Below are positions 21,737 to 24,000 of a stretch of DNA of 24,000 bases, piece by piece. Position numbers and translations under genes: made by a program. Under the pieces are notes generated by a model. That model made no database searches. It saw nothing but the letters and a program-made list of their open reading frames with translations, and was not told where the DNA came from. This stretch comes from Chitinivorax sp. PXF-14 (GTDB lineage Bacteria; Pseudomonadota; Gammaproteobacteria; Burkholderiales; SCOH01): contig NZ_JBFNXJ010000004.1 in NCBI RefSeq assembly GCF_040812015.1, positions 248,443 to 272,442 of the forward strand, written 5' to 3'. The stretch's first letter is position 1. Each line of letters opens with the position of its first letter.

Positions 21737-23389
21737 CTAACGGCAGCGCAGGCCGTCCTCGCATTCGCCGATCACGCCGGCCCCGACCGTGGCGCCATGG
21801 CGGTAAACCGTGATGCCCTTGAGGCCCGCGCGCCAGGCCGCCTCATAGCTCGCGCACACGTCTGCGGCCGTGGCGGTGTCGGGCAGCGCCACGGTTTTCG
21901 AGATGGCATTGTCGACCTGTGCCTGCAGCGCGGCTACCAGCGCGATATGGGCTGCCGGCGGCACCTCGGCAGCGGTCGTGAAGGCGGGGGGCACGTCACC
22001 GTGGCCGGTGCGGGTGCGATACAGCGCCAGTGCATAATCCTCGACCGGGAAGGCCTGCAGCCTGCCATCCGCCAGGCGTATCTGCCGCTCACCGTGCAGG
22101 GCGAAGATCGGCTCGATGCCGGACGAGACATTGCCGGCCAGCAGGCTGATGCTGCCGGCCGGCGCGATGGCGAGCAGATGGCTGTTGCGGATGCCGTGGC
22201 GTGCGATGTCCTGGCGCAGCGAGCCGGGCAGGGCGGCGATGAAGGGCGTGGCGAGATAGCGTGTGGCATCGAAGGCCGGGAAGGGGCCCCTTTCGGCGGC
22301 CAGCTCGATCGAGGCCTGGTAGGCCGCGTGGCCGATGGCCTGCATGATGCGCGCGGCGCAGGCCAGCGACGCCGGCTCGCCGTAGCGCAGCCCCAGCATG
22401 GTAAACGCGTCGGCGAGGCCGGTGATGCCCAGGCCGATGCGCCGGCTGGCGCGCGCAGCCGTCGCCTGGCTCGGCAGGGGAAAGCCCGACAACTCGTACA
22501 CATTGTCGAGCAGCCGCACCGCGATGGCCGTGGTCTGCCGCAGCGCGGGCCAATTGAGTGCCGCGCTGGGCGTGAACGGGGCGCGCACGAAGCGCGTCAG
22601 GTTGAGTGAGCCCAGATTGCAGGCCCCGGCCGGGGGCAGCGGTATCTCACCGCAGGGGTTGGTGGCGCGGATGTGCTCGCGATAGCCGAGATTGTTGTCG
22701 CGGTTGATGCGGTCGATGAACAAGAGGCCCGGCTCCGCGCTCAGCGCGGCGCTCTCGCCGATGAGCCGCCACAGCCGGCGCGCGTGTCGTGCATCGGGCG
22801 CCCCGGGCGGCCACGCCGTATCGTCGATGATGGCTGACATGAAGGCATCGCCGATCAGCAGCGACAGGTTGAAATGGCTGAGCCCGCCGTGGTGCTTGGC
22901 CGACACGAAAGCCTGTACGTCGGGATGAGTGCAACCGAGCGTGGCCATCATCGCCCCACGGCGCTGCAGCTGCTCGGTCGCGTCGGTTGCGGCCTGCTCC
23001 AGCCGCTGCAGGAACGGAGCTACCTCACCAGCCGGCAGCGGCGACAGGTCGAGCCCGATGCCGCCACCGGTGCGCAGCGTGGCGATGGCCTCGGCCACGG
23101 CGTGCGCCTGGCCCGATGGCGAGCCGTCGAGGGTGTCGAGCACGAAGCAGTTGAACAGCGTGGCGTCGGCGTGGGTGCCGGCGTTGGCGAGGATGCGTCC
23201 GCCCGGCAGAAAGCGCCAGTCTTCGAGGATCGAATAGAAGCGCCGCGACCACGCCGCCGCATCGTGCTCCGCTTGCGCCAGTGTATCGGCCACGCGTCGC
23301 CAGCTGTCCGTCGGGGCGTGCTCGCTGGCCTGGCCGTTGAGGTGCCACTGGTACTTAAGGCGCCAGACCACGGATGAGATGTCGTTCAT
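21737..23389 (-). CDS. Compact class II (adenosylcobalamin-dependent) ribonucleotide reductase-like protein, 550 aa
   Basis: RNR alpha-subunit hallmarks are present: FLPGGRILANAG, LFNCFVL (redox Cys), GGGIG, NPCGEI (thiyl-radical Cys plus Glu), ACNLGSLNL (second redox Cys), IGLGITG, APAGSIS and ISKTV.LP. The C-terminal tail has two Cys (GECEDGLRCR). No ATP cone is present. Confidence 0.65.
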   Translation of the reverse strand: MNDISSVVWRLKYQWHLNGQASEHAPTDSWRRVADTLAQAEHDAAAWSRRFYSILEDWRFLPGGRILANAGTHADATLFNCFVLDTLDGSPSGQAHAVAEAIATLRTGGGIGLDLSPLPAGEVAPFLQRLEQAATDATEQLQRRGAMMATLGCTHPDVQAFVSAKHHGGLSHFNLSLLIGDAFMSAIIDDTAWPPGAPDARHARRLWRLIGESAALSAEPGLLFIDRINRDNNLGYREHIRATNPCGEIPLPPAGACNLGSLNLTRFVRAPFTPSAALNWPALRQTTAIAVRLLDNVYELSGFPLPSQATAARASRRIGLGITGLADAFTMLGLRYGEPASLACAARIMQAIGHAAYQASIELAAERGPFPAFDATRYLATPFIAALPGSLRQDIARHGIRNSHLLAIAPAGSISLLAGNVSSGIEPIFALHGERQIRLADGRLQAFPVEDYALALYRTRTGHGDVPPAFTTAAEVPPAAHIALVAALQAQVDNAISKTVALPDTATAADVCASYEAAWRAGLKGITVYRHGATVGAGVIGECEDGLRCR

Positions 23390-23507
23390 GCGCTATCCTC
23401 GATAGAGCGGTACGCCGCGCGGTATTGGCCTGCCCTGGGCTTGGGCCGTCGCAGGCGTGCAGGGCGGGGCTTGCCTATCTCCATACTAGATCGTGACACG
23501 AGGGCCG

Positions 23508-24000
23508 CATGGCATCGGTTAGCTTGCGCAAGGTGTGCAAACAATTCGGCGGCAGCCAGATCGTGCGCGACGTCGATCTCGACATCGAGGATGGCGAGTT
23601 CGTCGTCATGGTGGGGCCGTCGGGCTGCGGCAAATCGACGCTGCTCAACTGCATCGCCGGGCTGGAGGCGGTCAGCAGCGGCGAGATCTGGATCGGCGGC
23701 CGGCTGGTGAACCAGGTGCCGCCCAAGGACCGCGACATCGCCATGGTGTTCCAGAGCTACGCGCTGTACCCGAACATGAGCGTGCGCAAGAACATCACCT
23801 TCGGCATGGATATGCGCAACATCCCGCGAGCCGAGCAGGACACCATCCTCGCGCGCGTCGCCGACATGCTGCAGATCTCGCACCTGCTCGACCACAAGCC
23901 GGCCCAGCTGTCCGGCGGGCAGCGCCAGCGCGTGGCCATGGGGCGGGCCATGGTGCGCGACCCGGCGCTGTTCCTGTTCGACGAGCCGCTCTCGAATCTC
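23508..24000 (+). CDS. ABC transporter ATP-binding protein, MalK/UgpC-like (3' end outside window)
   Basis: This is not in the ORF track because it runs off the window. From ATG 23508 it reads [46 protein letters not shown] (Walker A)...[14 protein letters not shown]...[14 protein letters not shown] (signature)...[11 protein letters not shown] (Walker B). Confidence 0.9.

Noticed and set aside
23390-23507. Cobalamin riboswitch in the leader of the class II RNR-like gene
   Set aside because: The spacer is only 118 bp and is shared with the divergent ABC gene. I could not find a B12-box-like element on the minus strand.
1-24000. CRISPR arrays, tRNA/rRNA genes, IS elements, integrases, and long direct or inverted repeats flanking the island
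   Set aside because: None were found on visual scanning of both strands. The only repeats seen are terminator palindromes, the short upstream direct repeat at 8342-8417, and the low-complexity Ala/Pro coding tract.

Overview
High-GC proteobacterial chromosomal segment. The MotAB, SuhB, TrmJ and PhaC sequences look betaproteobacterial, perhaps Chromobacteriaceae/Neisseriales-like, but that is only a guess. No rRNA, tRNA, CRISPR array, transposase or integrase was seen. Gene order: motA (3' part), motB, a membrane-anchored SAM methyltransferase, an HDOD/GAF protein, a secreted CocE/NonD-type hydrolase, a TrmH-family RNA methyltransferase and a class I fumarase. Next comes a ~5.2 kb island whose four products all appear to be envelope proteins (8283-13567). 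After it: tetR-emrA-emrB (minus strand), trmJ (minus) divergent from suhB, phasin, phaC, a compact class II ribonucleotide-reductase-like gene (minus), and the 5' part of a sugar-type ABC ATPase. The island is the part worth a second look. It encodes a 234-aa secreted protein with strong expression signals, a stand-alone C39 cysteine peptidase with an intact catalytic tetrad, an outer-membrane barrel preceded by a ~95-aa Ala/Pro/Lys linker, and an oversized FadL-type barrel. This resembles the logic of the Pseudomonas Fap amyloid exporter (FapD peptidase plus FapF barrel), but the cargo is unrelated and there is an extra barrel. I propose it as a candidate undescribed Sec-dependent outer-membrane secretion/assembly module; hydrophobic-substrate uptake is the alternative. 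All family assignments rest on motifs read by eye, since no database search was possible. Most long ORFs antisense to these genes are GC-rich shadow ORFs.
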